Source: Eremomyces bilateralis CBS 781.70 (taxonomy: Eukaryota). Taken from it: 64,000 nucleotides of DNA. The translations under genes and the position numbers were made by a program. The notes below the pieces were generated by a model. The model was not told the origin of the DNA, ran no database searches, and saw only the letters and a list, made by a program, of their open reading frames with translations. Numbering within the stretch: position 1 is the first letter of the stretch; every line of letters begins with the position of its first letter. The stretch lies in assembly GCA_010015585.1 (NCBI GenBank), contig ML975156.1, one strand, 5' to 3'. Below are positions 10,508 to 23,353 of the stretch, in pieces.

Positions 10508-11527
10508 TCAACCCTCTTCTTTTGCAGGAGCACCAAGCTCTGCTCCAAGCTCTTCCAAAAACTGATCGGCTTCCTTCCGTGCCCTCTTCCCTCTAATCTC
10601 CTTTCTCCTCTCCTCCACCTCTCGCTTCCGTTTCTCTTTCCTCTCCCTTGCCTCTTCCCGCGCCTGTTCCGTCTCCTTCCTTTCCTTCTCCAGATTCCCC
10701 ATCTGTTTCTGTCGGGCCTCTTCATCTTGCGCGAACTGGAAGAAACCCTGCCCCTTCTGTCGAATCTCTCGTGATGCGTCGAAATGTGTGTCCGGCGGCG
10801 GCGTAGCTTCCTTGTCGCGTTTCGCGGCCAACCTCGCCATCTTCTCCGCAACAGTCTCGTCCGGATCGAATGCATGATATTGCACCGTATCGCCGTGGAT
10901 GACCTTCTCCGGCATCATTGGCCGTGCTGTGAATCTATCCGCCTCCTTCTCATCCTCGTCCTGGATCCGCCTCATGCGCTGGATTCTTCCCACCTCGGCT
11001 CTAGTCCCTTTCCTCGTCCGCCCGAATTCATCGACGTACTCCACCAACTCCTCTTCCTCATCCTCCTCGTCATCCTCATCACCCGACGACCCCTTCTCGC
11101 CGCGTTCCTGCGATTCCACCCACTTCCGATCAAAATCGATCAGCCCTCCCTCCTCCTTATCCTCCTTATCCCCCCGCTTCATCGCCGCATATATCCGTGC
11201 CTTCTCCTCCATCTTCGCCTGGCTCTGCCGCCACAGCTCCGCATCCACCCCCTCCGAGCTCGTGCTGTGCTTCTGCTCCAAGCTGCGGGCGGCATCGTCG
11301 GCTTGTGCGCGGCGCTTGACGCCTTTGTTGTGCGCCGAGAAGATATCGGGTTTCCGCGGCCGTGAGCGACCGGCCGTAGCGGAGGAGGAATTCCTGGAGG
11401 ATGCGGAGATGAGAGAGGAGAGCTGGGAAGTGAATGCGAGGTTCGAGGAGCCGGAAAGCTCGTTCCCCGCCAGCTTTTTGGGGCGGCTAGTGCCGTAGAG
11501 GTTAGTGCCTGGAGTTGTCGTCGGCAT
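10508..11527 (-). CDS. CCDC174-like coiled-coil protein (DUF4078 family)
   Basis: Motifs KMEEKARIYAAMK, LIDFDRKW, VEYVDEFGRTRKG, HFDASREIRQKGQGFFQF. Likely start MPTTTPG at 11527. Confidence 0.75.
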   Translation of the reverse strand: MPTTTPGTNLYGTSRPKKLAGNELSGSSNLAFTSQLSSLISASSRNSSSATAGRSRPRKPDIFSAHNKGVKRRAQADDAARSLEQKHSTSSEGVDAELWRQSQAKMEEKARIYAAMKRGDKEDKEEGGLIDFDRKWVESQERGEKGSSGDEDDEEDEEEELVEYVDEFGRTRKGTRAEVGRIQRMRRIQDEDEKEADRFTARPMMPEKVIHGDTVQYHAFDPDETVAEKMARLAAKRDKEATPPPDTHFDASREIRQKGQGFFQFAQDEEARQKQMGNLEKERKETEQAREEARERKEKRKREVEERRKEIRGKRARKEADQFLEELGAELGAPAKEEG

Positions 11528-11865
11528 TTTGGCCGCTTGGTATTCGATGGATGGAGGGAGGGTTTGGAATAGCAAAAAAGTTCCTATAAGATTCTAGAAC
11601 CCGAAATGATGACAGGCGCAGATGCCAATGGACAGGGATGGCGGAGCGCCTTGGTAACGCCCAAATTGTGGGGGAGGGGTCATCATATCACCCGCCGAAC
11701 TCGCAATATCTCCATCCCGCAAATTTATCTTCAGCTGCAAGGAGGTACCACCTGAACAGAAGTCTTGATATTTGTCCTTTGAAAAGTTCATCTCACATTC
11801 CTCATATACCAGTCCATTGAATTACGAAGTTTGTCGCCGTTATTCTCAGAAGGAAAATCATCATC

Positions 11866-13173
11866 ATGGCAGGTGCTGCGGATGTCATTCTTGCCATCAT
11901 TGGTATTTATATCACTCCCGAAGTCAGCAGGAAGTGCCGAAATTGACGTTTAATAGGTGTTGGTGGAGTCGGCAAACCATTCCTGAAGCAGTTGACCAAG
12001 ATTACGGCTCGTCTGGCCAAATCTCCTTCGAATCCCGTCTTCGTCAAGGTCGTCTACTTGGCCCGATCACAAACTGCTCTGTACGACCGTGACTCCTACA
12101 AGCAAGTCGACCTCCAATACTGGGAACAAGAACTCGCCGCCCGCGGCACCTCTCCCTTGAGTCCCTCCGAAGTTGCCGAATTTCTCACGAAATACCCACA
12201 ATCCGGCCACCGGATCGTCGTCGACAACACCAGCGACCCGACTGTTGCGGCGGAATATCCCACTTTCATCCGCCAGGGCATCAGCGTCGTCACCCCGAAC
12301 AAGAAGGCCTTCTCCGGCCCCCTGGCCCTATGGGAATCCATCATTTCCGTTGCGCAGAACGGCCGGAACGAATCCGGCAAGGGCGGCTACATCTACCACG
12401 AAAGTTCCGTGGGCGCCGGACTCCCCATCATCAACACCCTGACGGATCTGCTGGTGACGGGCGATGAGGTGCGGAAGATCGAAGGGGTCTTCAGCGGGAC
12501 CATGAGTTTCCTATTCAACCAATTCATGCCGGTCCCGGGCGCAGGGAAGGGGATGGATTTCGCCGCGGCCGTGAAGATCGCGCAGCAGTCGGGGTTCACG
12601 GAGCCGGATCCGCGGGACGACTTGAACGGCATGGATGTCGCGAGAAAACTAGTCATCTTGGCGAGAATAAGCGGTATGAAACTGGAGTTGGAAGGGATTC
12701 CGATTCAGAGCCTGATCCCGAACGAGCTGGAGAGCTGTGCTAGCGGAGCCGAGTTTTTGGAGAAGCTCCATGAGTTCGATTCGAGGATGGATGAGCTGAA
12801 GGCATCTGCTGAGAAAGACGGAAAGGTCCTTCGATATGTTGGGTCTATTGATGTTATTTCAGGAGAGTCCAAGGTTGGACTACAGAGGTTCGTATCCATC
12901 CTTTCAGTAGTCCTGGCGATGGCAAAAGTTGACTGGCGCCTAGATTTGATCCATCCCATCCAATTGGCGGTCTGAAAGGCAGCGACAACATCATCAACTT
13001 CTATACGAAGAGATATGGAAGCAAGCCTCTGACAATTCAGGGCGCAGGGTAAGTGGCACGCTTCGTGAAGTGCAACGCATTCTGACGAGCATCATAGGGC
13101 TGGTGGCGACATCACGGCAATGGGAGTGTCGGCCGACCTTCTTCGTGTCATTAGGTTAACGTGCACTCGGTGA
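11866..13173 (+). CDS. HOM6: Homoserine dehydrogenase
   Basis: Rossmann motif IIGVGGVG, VVTPNKKAFS, HESSVGAGLPII, GFTEPDPRDDLNGMDVARK, GAGAGGDITAMGV. Introns 11903-11956, 12888-12943, 13049-13097. Confidence 0.95.
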
Positions 13174-13362
13174 TTCCGGATTTCGCATGGGACAGGAGCT
13201 AGAAATCGAAAAATGTGGTAGATGGTTATTAACTGCGATGCCAATCATCTGAATAACCCATTCTCGCGCCCCGGGTATGCCAATATGCTTGAGATTAACA
13301 CTCCAATCGAAGATATATCCACAAAAGAGACCCCCACAACGCCAGCCACGCTTTCATCTAAC

Positions 13363-14383
13363 TCATGGTTTCGGCGGATCGGATCCCGGTTGCGGTCCCC
13401 CATACCAACCCGGCACTCCAGCCGGCATCTCGTGTGGATTGTGTCCCTGATACACCGGTTGCGGTTGAGGCGGTTGCGGTTGAGGCGGTTGCGGCGGCCC
13501 CTGAGCGGGTTCAGGCGGCTTTTCCCCTTGTTGCTGCTGCTGATTGACTGGCAGCTCGTGAGTCCCCGAAGATGGTGTATATGCCGCGACAATCCCTTGA
13601 CCCGCCAACTCCGACCCTGCCCACGGCCGCTGCGTGCCGTCGATCTCCTGCGGTCCGGGCGGCGGCTGCGACATCACGGGCGGCGGCTCGGCGGCCGCGG
13701 CGGCTGCCGCCTGCTTGCCTCGATTGGCCTTCCACCATCTGCCACCCGCAAGCGCGCCGATCAGCAGGACTCCGCCCGTAATGCCTACGCCTATGCCTGC
13801 TTTGGCTCCGGAACCTAGACCGTTCCTTCGTGTAGAGGTGCTGCTGCCTCCCGATCCGCTTGATCCGCTTGATCCGCTTGATCCGCCTCCTGATCCGCCT
13901 CCCGATGTACCTCCGCCGGTGTTTGTCCCGTTTGAAGTCGTGTTTCGAAATTGTCGCAGTTCGAGGCCCCAGTGTGGGGCGAACCAGCTTTTCGTCTGCG
14001 GCTGCCAATCCGCTGCAGGAGAATAGTCAGTTATTCGGTTCCATGTATGGATAAACAAAAGGACGGGGTGGACGTACCATGGCACAAATCATCCAGATAC
14101 GCGATCGCATGTTCTTGATCCTCGGCACTGCAGTCGGAGATGATGCAATACATCAACGCCTTGATGTACTTCTTCGTGGTACAGGCGCACGAAAAGTCGG
14201 TCGGTCGGCAGCGCACTGGTGTTGACGCGACGCATGCTTGCTAGATATCTTCTCAGCTTTGCTTCCCCAATTGCCGGGTTCTTCTAGTAAAGGGCCACAT
14301 ACCGCGCAAGGAGGTAACCACGGATCAGCGCATACGAGGCCGATCGCGCCTAATAGCGCCGTCGACGCGATGTAGAACTTCAT
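13363..14383 (-). CDS. Type I membrane protein with signal peptide and CFEM domain
   Basis: Signal peptide MKFYIASTALLGAIGLVCA. 8-Cys CFEM pattern PPCA-QACV...C...DFSCAC...CIISDC...LC after removing introns 14241-14302 and 14013-14077. Gly/Ser linker, TM helix (AKAGIGVGITGGVLLIGALA) and Pro/Gln tail. Confidence 0.85.
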
Positions 14384-15818
14384 GATGGTTTGAATGTCAC
14401 CATACCTTCACCTAGACCGATGGAAATAGGTTTCCAAGACGATTCGGATACAAGAGCCACGAACGACTCTTGAGAGTGCGAACGCCATGGCCCATGGGAA
14501 CTGCGTGGTGCACGGTTGTATTCGATGCATCGGCGGTTTGGCAATTGGCCCTTCGCGGCTCCGCCCAATCCTTCGGCACTATTTCAGGACAAGGAGGCGA
14601 GTGTTTAGCGTGACGTTTGGCGAACAACATCCTAGCGATGCTCTTAAAGAGCCAATGACATGAAAACTATTAAGCCACAGCTTCAGGAGAACGCAACAGC
14701 AAGGACTTGAGACCAGATATGAAGATTGAAGGCATTCTGAGGTAAACTCTCTTATATAGTTATATTACATACCAAGGTGTGCTGACTTATTTGGGTGAAC
14801 ACAAAAAGTAGACAAGACTCCTCGTCTGGGTTAAGCTTGATGCTCTGAATGTATTATGACTGCACCCGCATCGACAATGCCAACGATGGCACATTTGGCA
14901 TTTGACAATATCCCTAAGGCCGCAGCAGTCATGCTATCGACTTATCCTATATAAAAACTGGGTACGCTAAAATCAACTTACTTAAAAGAAGTACTACGTA
15001 GTAGGTTGCGGGGGAATATCTTGATACTAAAGTACTTGTAATTCCAAAACCCATGTGGGCCATGACGCGATCTGTGCTAATTAGCGTATCCGTCGACTCA
15101 CTCTCCGACTTCTCAGTCCTCAACCTCTCATTCCTCATTCGAACAAGGCAAGGCTGCATGATGATTGATGAAGGATTCCATTGACGAAAGGGTAATAAGC
15201 GACAGTTGTAACGCTCCAGAAGTCTAGATGGCTAGCCTGTCAAAGCGAGGCTAACAGACGAAGTAGGTAAGGTACCCAGGTAGCTAGAGAAACGGGCCAA
15301 ATGGGCCGTTCGGATCTCCAGTATTCTCCACGGAGAGCTCCTCTGCTCACTACCTACTACGTCTGGCCCATTATTCAATAATAGAAACGAACGATCTCTA
15401 CCAAGTACCAGGAGCCCAGGACTCAGGAGACTGCGCAGTGGAGACTTTATCGAGCAACTATAACCGAGGTGGACGTGTTGATTGATGCCGAGATGATACT
15501 ACTACATATGCATCCATCTTGATTTCACATTCTAGATACCTACTATTTATATGTTGTGACCTATAGTGTTTGTTACCCCCTTTGATTTCCTACTTGAGGT
15601 TTCAGCCCAACGGAATACTGAGGGTATCTGTCCAGCTGTTTAAATCCTGTATCTACGGTCCAGACTCATAAATGCTCCAGGGCAGTCTTTCAAACCGCCT
15701 GGTACTATATCTTGGTTCCCTTTTCCTTAGTGATGAGAGAATCCAACCTGCCTACGTATTACGAAGCGTTCAACGAAGCGTTCAATATAAGTTCAGGATC
15801 CTAGAGCCCGCCGTACCC

Positions 15819-17126
15819 TCAATAATTGAATCCATATATGCTCTCCGTGCCAGGGCTGACTAGCACTTTAACTGATGTCTTCGAGAATGATTGAACGATT
15901 TCTCGGGCGGCATTGTTGTACTGCCATTCACGAAGCTCAATCGTCTTGAGGTTTGGCAGACTGTCTTCATGGGACATCGTCAAGTCGTTGAGAAGATCTC
16001 GTATGCGATTGGAAGCGCCCACAATAGCCAATAGCTCCAGAGATGTTGGGAGAACAGCGGCCAAGGCCAAATGTTTCCTTTCCTCCTCCCATGCATCGAC
16101 CTCGTTCGCGGTCGGGAATCCAGTCAGGCAAATGGAGGAAATAATCAACTCCTTGAGAGTACTAAAGCGTTTGATGGACCCAACAGTGTTTAGTAGGTCG
16201 AGGTGGTGTGGCCAGAGCAAATATAACCTCTCCAAAGTAAGCTCGTGGACATCAAGGGCGCGAGAAATCGCTCCAGCGTCGATTTGATTCATGCCCCTAT
16301 AGTCTCCGGGAGATTGCGTGTGTGAAAATTCTCTTAACACCTTACAAGAGGAAACAATGCTCTTGATCGAAGATTCATCTAACCGGCCTCCTAGTGTGAC
16401 GGCCTCAACATTGGACGAGCGGGTTGGAAACCCGAGACCTGGTTCATGATTTGAAGGACCGGGTATTCTTAACCCCACTCCACCGCAGATCAATCGCCGG
16501 AGGGAAGGTAGGTGGAAAAACTTTGCCAATATATTGAAATCAAAATTGGACCCCTGATTCTGAAGCTTGACTTCCCGAAGGGTGGGAAACAGGTCAAATC
16601 GAATCTTTCCCGTGGACGGCTCGAGTACGATCAGCCGTATGGCCACATGCTCGTCGATGGATACATGTGTGAACCATAAGGTCTCCAACCTTGGTAGAGC
16701 CAGCAACATCGCAGCTTGGATGGCAGACGAGCTGTTTCGCCCCAGCCTATTGAGCAGGTCGGATTCGCAGTCGAGTTGAGCCGCGACGACTTTGTCTATG
16801 ATTTGCTGTTTGAGGCTGTTGTCACACTGCCCGACCCAAAGGTGAGGGTCCGGTTTGATGACCACCGATTTGACGCACGAAGCAAGCTCCGGCTTCTTGA
16901 TTAGAATGGTTCTCAGAAAGGGTCCAGCAAGGGTCGACCAATTCAGTGCGAAACGGTAATGAGACTCCCAATGACTGTACAGAATAGGCTGAGCAAGAGA
17001 ACATAATGACTTCGATGTCAGGCAGAGCCGCGATAAATGCTTCTTGCGGTCGCTTGATTGGTTCAGGATCGACAGGATATCGAGGAAAATTTCAGGGGGA
17101 AGGGGAAGGAGGCTTTGTGAACACAT
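15819..17126 (-). CDS. F-box protein with LRR-like C-terminal region
   Basis: N-terminal F-box LLPLPPEIFLDILSIL...LSRLCLTSKSLCSLAQPILY and repeated LxxLxL motifs. Intronless, 435 aa. Confidence 0.8.
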   Translation of the reverse strand: MCSQSLLPLPPEIFLDILSILNQSSDRKKHLSRLCLTSKSLCSLAQPILYSHWESHYRFALNWSTLAGPFLRTILIKKPELASCVKSVVIKPDPHLWVGQCDNSLKQQIIDKVVAAQLDCESDLLNRLGRNSSSAIQAAMLLALPRLETLWFTHVSIDEHVAIRLIVLEPSTGKIRFDLFPTLREVKLQNQGSNFDFNILAKFFHLPSLRRLICGGVGLRIPGPSNHEPGLGFPTRSSNVEAVTLGGRLDESSIKSIVSSCKVLREFSHTQSPGDYRGMNQIDAGAISRALDVHELTLERLYLLWPHHLDLLNTVGSIKRFSTLKELIISSICLTGFPTANEVDAWEEERKHLALAAVLPTSLELLAIVGASNRIRDLLNDLTMSHEDSLPNLKTIELREWQYNNAAREIVQSFSKTSVKVLVSPGTESIYGFNY

Positions 17127-18733
17127 TTGGCCTTGTACACAACTGCAGATGTATTCAAAGTTCTGTGTATCCTATTGTGGCATGTTATTAAAGCGGTGGT
17201 TTGACGGCTTGACGCCCTCTAATCTCAAATCAGGATGATGTTCGGTTCAACATTGATAAACATTGGTTATTGTTGCTAATCAGCTGAACGCCTAGTCGAA
17301 TCCTCCGGTATTTCAGCCAATAAAATATGACAGGGGAAATAACCAACCGGAACCGAGATTTTGCATCTCGAGGACGTGTAACGACGGATTTTGATACTGA
17401 TTTAATGTTCGAAACTAGATGGCTGGACGGAATAATTTTGTTGGCCTAAATGATGCATGATTGGAATTGTCGAGCATTCGAGATTCCGTGAAAGAAAGGA
17501 GGCTCAACTGATCATCAACCAGAACCGTGTCTGGACGAAGGAAAGGAACCCCTGAAATACGAACGTGGCGTTTATTGTTTATCGCATGAGAGCAAGATCA
17601 GCGACATATCACATTTCACATACCTTTGCTTTCGGGGCGAGTTTTGCCAGGACATATGGAGACTTCGTATTCCATTGTATTCTATGATGGCGACAGGGCT
17701 GGATGGTCACATCTTTGTTGAAATCTCCTTGCAAATTCCTGCCATGTGCCAATGCCCGACTCCCAAAAGGCGAAATTATTTCCAATAAGGCCATTCGACC
17801 ATTAATGAAGGTTGCGCGTGGCAACTGTCACAGACTCGCAGGAGCGCAGATGGACGTCATTTATTGTTCCTCTATGCAGTGTCTACAGCTACACAAGTCG
17901 TCGAAACTGCATCCTCCAGTCATTCCCGGTATTTTGTACCAGCTCCCTTGCTCTCACCTTGCCAAATGTTACCTGGCACCAGTCAATGATCAAGATCCTC
18001 CATTAGTATCTATCTGATCAGCAGGAATAGTTTAGGTCTGCCTTGGCATTCACATCTACTCACCCCCGAGCCAGTAAACCCATTGGGGTCCTGTTCGCAA
18101 TCCAAGCCACCGGGAATCGCTTAGATAAGTGCTGACACCATGCATCTATCTCGAGCATCATATGAATTCATATCCAATTTCCATCACCTTGGGAACTGAG
18201 CCTCCTGTTTCCTTGGCTGTCTCATTTGTTGTCTGTTGGGAGTGGGGATACATCGAGGATACATCGTTCACTCCACGTTTGGGTCTGTTTGGCGTCACTT
18301 TCCTCAAGCCCCTTCTCGGAGGTTGTCCGCGATCGTTCTCACTTCGCGATGCGGACTTCCCCTTTCGCCGAGGCGATCGAAGTCTTGGATGCATATTTTC
18401 AAATTGGAAAGGATGTCGGTTATGGGTCGGTGCCTCGCATGATCCGAGGATTACGGCGAAGGCAAGTGAGACAGGGACGCATGTCGGTCTTCGTCCGAAG
18501 AGAGCAGCAACAACGATGATCACAGAAATTGGCAAGGGATCATACAGTTGAGGCGTGCACCGTAAAACATATCATCAATTGGATTCGCCGTCTATTGATT
18601 ACCTTATTCTGCCGCTGGCGCTTGGCTTGCATCCACCGTCAATTCATACAATAATGCCGCCTCGTCGCATTGGTATTTTTTAGAAGCGATGTTATCACTT
18701 TCATTCTAGCTTGCGCAAATATCCTCTATCGCC

Positions 18734-20652
18734 ATGGTGCGTCAGTATTTTTTGGTTACATGCATCCTCCTGCTTTCCGCCATCGGTCTCGCCCAAGATC
18801 TAGGACGTCGTCGTACCAAGCGGTTTACTCTCGAGTTAACATGGGAGAAAGGGAATCCAGATGGGGGTCCCGAACGGAACATGATCTTTATGAATGGGGA
18901 GTTTCCGGGGCCGACACTCGACATCACGCAAGGAGATGATGTGGAAGTGGTCGTCAAGAACAAGATGCCATTTAATACGGGCATCCATTTCCATGGTCTG
19001 TTTTGGATCCTCCCTAGAAACCAGCGGACTGACAGGAACAGGTATCGAGCAATTGGGGACGCCATGGTCTGATGGCGTGCCTGGAGTGACCCAGCGACCG
19101 ATCCGCGCGGGCAAAGAATTCAAGTACAAGTGGAAAGCGACGCAATACGGGAGCTATTTTTATCATTCCCACACCCAAGACCAAATAGAGGATGGCATGT
19201 ATGGTGCCATTGTAATCAGGCCAGACAATACCGTCACGAAGCCGTTCAGCAAAATAACCACGGACCGTGCTGCCTTGAAAGCCATTGAAACGGCCGAGAA
19301 GAACGTGGTCCCATTGCTTCTTTCCGACTGGCGACATGTCGACTCGTTTGAGACCTGGAAAATCCAGACCGACACGAACATTGAAACCGCATGTGTTGGC
19401 TCGATTCTGTTCAATGGCAAGGGTTCCGTCGACTGCTGGGAACAGGATAAGATCAACGCATTGACACGCCCGGAGCAATTGGCTATTTTAGAACCAGAAA
19501 ATGCGACCATGACTGCTAGAGGGGAAGTGTAGAGTCGCAGATATTTATATATCGTGGAGACTAACTACAAACAGATGCCTACCGCCTATTGTCCTTGCTG
19601 GCATCGTGGTGAATGCGACGCTTCCACCATATCCCGAGAAGATGCCACCAGCCATTTTCGAGGTTTGCGAGTCAACGAGTGGCTCGAAGGAAGTAATCAA
19701 GGCCACCGGAAAAGCCAATGGTGCGAAGAGCTGGATTGCCATTGATGTTATTGGCGCCTTTGGCCTCCATACCGGGTTATTCTCGATCGATGAGCACCCC
19801 ATGTGGGTGTATGCCGCTGATGGTCTTTACATCGAGCCAACGCGGGTCGAAGCTTTCGAAATCACGAACGGTGATCGCTACTCCATCCTCGTGGAGCTGG
19901 ACAAACCAATCGACGACTACAACATCCGGTTTTCGTCCAATACTGGAGCGCAGTTGATTTCTGGAAACGCAATACTCTCGTACGGCGCGGACAATACGGA
20001 TGATATCTCGGAGCCTTTCATATTGGATAACAGCCTGGACGCTACCGCTACCGCTGTCACAAGACTAAACGTGCTTGATACCGCTCCATTTTCCCCGGTT
20101 CCTTTCCCCACCACCGTGGATGCTACATTCAAACTGTACATGACCACAATGGGCGCAATATATCTATGGGCGGTGAACGGCACTCGATATCCTCGTAATC
20201 GAGATGAACGCGAACCACCCATCCTATTTGACCCACAACCATACCTCCAGGACAATATCACAATTTCCACGACCAAAGACTCCGTCGTGGATCTAATCTT
20301 CATCTCCGAAGCCGGCCGACCACCTCATCCGATGCATAAGCATGGCAACAAAGTATGGTTCCTCGGACGAGGCATGGAGGACTTCCCATACGACACGGTC
20401 GACGAGGCGGTAGCAGGGCTTCCGCCAGGGTCCTTGAATCTGGTTAATCCCCCCCGTCGAGACGGTTTCGGCAGTTTGCCATCTGGACCGACTCCTGTTT
20501 GGATGGTGGTACGGTATCAGGCCACGGATCCAGGGCCGTGGTTGCTGCACTGCCACATCCAATCTCACCTTGCTGGAGGCATGTCTATGCTTATTCAAGA
20601 TGGCGTGGATGCATGGCCTACGGTTCCGAAAGAGTACTTGGACTACCACTAA
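18734..20652 (+). CDS. Secreted multicopper oxidase (laccase-like, AA1; Abr1-like)
   Basis: Signal peptide and Cu motifs IHFHG, YFYHSH, HPMHKHG, WLLHCHIQSHLAGGM. Intron 18996-19041, plus a second intron ending at 19574 (donor 19523 or 19529). Confidence 0.93.
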
Positions 20653-20789
20653 TTCATGGAAATCGTGTGTAAGATAGCAGCTTTGGCGAGTTACATAAGG
20701 AGCGGCATTTTAGATTTTCGGTTAATAATAATACTTTCTGGGCCACGACTTATTCAATACAACGTATCGGGGATGCCTTCAAGACAACC

Positions 20790-21797
20790 TCACTGCACTT
20801 GTACGACAACCCGCCCAAGTGGATGCCCGGTCTCGACTTTGTCAAATGCTTTCCCCCATTCCTCCAGCTTCCACACGCTATCCACCACCGGCTTCACTTT
20901 CCCGGCGTCGATCAAATCCGTGATCTTCTCCAACATCACTCCATCTTGGTCCACAATGAACCATTCTCCCTTAACATCCTCTTTAACTCCGTCCGTCGGA
21001 CAATGGTCCTTCGGCGGCTCCGCTATACCAACCACCTTCCCTCCTGATTTCGCAACTGTCCACGCCTCCTTCAATAGCTTCCCACCCGCACAGTCGAACA
21101 CCACCTCCACCCCCACTTTCCCCTCTCCCCACTCCCTTAACCCCCCCTCCTCATACACCACCACTTCATCTGCCCCCAACTCGCTCACCAACCCCTCCTT
21201 CCCCGTCCGCACCACCGCAACGCTCCTTACCCCTGACCATCTCGCCAGCTGCAGCGCCCACAACCCCACCGGCCCACTCGCCCCCGTAATCAGTACGCTT
21301 TTACCCTCATTCTCCCCGCTCCTTTCCTCCGCCGTTAGCCCCCCCTTCGTAAAAAGCCCTTGCCACGCACTCAGTGCGCTCATCGGCACCGCCGCCGCTT
21401 CGTGAAAGTCAAGGGTCGCCGGCATGCGCGCCAGCTCGGTCGTCTCCGCGACGCTGTATGTGCGGGCGTGCCCAGGTCGGTAGAAGGACGTGAGGGCATA
21501 GACGCGATCGCCGGGGCGGAAGGGGCGAGGGGAAGGGGTGGGTGGAGAGCCGACGATGATGCCGGCGAAGTCCCGGCCTGGGATGGGGTGGGGGCACGAG
21601 TTGGGTTCGGGCCAGGTGAGTTCGCCACGGGTGAGGCCGGTGCTGTGGAGTTCGATGAGGTGTTGGGAGGGAGTTGGGGTTGGGGGAGGGTAGGAGGAGA
21701 GGGTGAGAGCCTTGGAGGCTGGGGACCAGAGGAGGGTGGGAATTGTGGTGGGAAGAACGGTGGGGGCACCGTTCTGAGCATCCGTGGTATTTGACAT
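20790..21797 (-). CDS. Medium-chain dehydrogenase/reductase (quinone oxidoreductase / enoyl reductase-like)
   Basis: Motifs PGRDFAGII, EAAAVPMSALSAWQGLF, NADPH motif VLITGASGPVG, VFDCAGG. No Zn-cluster cysteines. Probable start MSNTTD at 21797. Confidence 0.88.
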   Translation of the reverse strand: MSNTTDAQNGAPTVLPTTIPTLLWSPASKALTLSSYPPPTPTPSQHLIELHSTGLTRGELTWPEPNSCPHPIPGRDFAGIIVGSPPTPSPRPFRPGDRVYALTSFYRPGHARTYSVAETTELARMPATLDFHEAAAVPMSALSAWQGLFTKGGLTAEERSGENEGKSVLITGASGPVGLWALQLARWSGVRSVAVVRTGKEGLVSELGADEVVVYEEGGLREWGEGKVGVEVVFDCAGGKLLKEAWTVAKSGGKVVGIAEPPKDHCPTDGVKEDVKGEWFIVDQDGVMLEKITDLIDAGKVKPVVDSVWKLEEWGKAFDKVETGHPLGRVVVQVQ

Positions 21798-22386
21798 GCT
21801 GTGCGATGGAGGATTTAATCTGACTTGAAAGAGGAGATCGGATGGAATCAATAGATAGGTACACCAAGTTCCGCTGCCTAGACAGAGAGAGAGAGAAGGA
21901 GAGAGGCAGGTGTGACAAACTGTAACCAGCGAGGAGCCTATATGTGCGGACTCATCCCCGAATAGGCTTTTGCGGATGATTCTTATTGTGCACTATCGTG
22001 TGCGCTCATCTTTTCATCGGAGTCCTTTCTGAGCTTTATTTTGGATACTGTGATATAAATCACACGGTCATTTATAATCAGTTACTGCTCTGGAAATGCT
22101 TACCTCGAAACCCTGGACTACATATGGCACCCTGAGTTTAATCGTACTACCAGGGGGAACCGACATTTTGACATGTGCCACTGTGTTCGTGAATATAGAA
22201 CGACATCAAGGACAGATTCCGCGTCTCAATATTAATAGTAACCTCTATATTAATAAGGGTATGGTGCTATATATCCTGCAAATGCCTTAGTCTTCCACGC
22301 CTGCAACAATGATGCGATAACTGGTTGGCTTAACCAGCCCTGTTACCTCCAAACGCAAGTGTCTCATGAAAATGGTGGACTCCGAT

Positions 22387-23353
22387 TTAATCGCTCGTTA
22401 GTTCGTTTAATATCGCTAATGATACGATTATAACCAAGAGCCCGAGTGTGACCAGGACGAGCAACAAAAGTTGTAACCACACAAACGCTGTCGCCACTGC
22501 CCCAACATGTGCAGTAATCACACCAAGCAGGGAGACCTCGAGGGTAGCAATAGCTGCAGCAGCAGAGACATGTTGCCACATAGCTGAAATAAGGGTGAAA
22601 AATGAAGCGAGGAACGTCGCGGCGAGGGCGCATTGAGATACGGCTCGAGATGGGAACGGTTTCACTTCTGTTACTGACCCCGTCTCCTCATCCGTTTCCT
22701 CATGCCATCCTGGGAACGTCGATAATGCTACAATCACCAAAAGGGATATCCCCATGGCTCCGATTCTACCGTTGTCAGCCATTTCTAATGTCCACTGACT
22801 AGCGGTTATAAGTAGGTAACTTACAGGAGTCCAGGAAAGAGAACTTCATCCTTATATCTTCTTCCCATCTCAACCACCATCAGTGGATCATTGGGTGCTC
22901 CAGTGGTTCCCAGTCCAGGGACGGATCGATGACATCTCCAGCCGCTGCCGTCATTGATGCAGAGACCGAAATATCCAACGCGGACAGTCACGTCCAGACT
23001 CTCCGAAGCAGTTGAGAGAATGTCGGATATATTTCGGAACAGGTCCGTACTTGTAGGAGGGGCCGCGGTGTGCTGGTAAGTCAGGGACAAAACATATACG
23101 CTTCGCCCAAAGCTAGACGAGTTTGTGCAACCTGCGAGGACGAGACTTTGGATTGGGTTAATGTAGTCCGGATGAAACTATGGTGGAACCTCTCGCCAGA
23201 AAGGATGATTCCAATGGTCAACGCAAACATCAGAATGTGATGATACCCGATGAGAGCTGGTTTCCAATCAGTCGATCACGCAAGATTCTCTGCGAGGGGC
23301 GCTGGCGTACGTAAAATATTACTTGCAAATGACGACCATGAAATTCTCGACAT
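22387..23353 (-). CDS. fig1: Fig1-family Ca2+ influx regulator / membrane-fusion protein
   Basis: Spliced segments LIGYHHILM, LVLAGC, claudin-like VRVGYFGLC...WRC, TFPGWHEE, EVKPFPSRAVS, WQHVSAAA. At least three introns; the second junction is uncertain. Confidence 0.8.
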
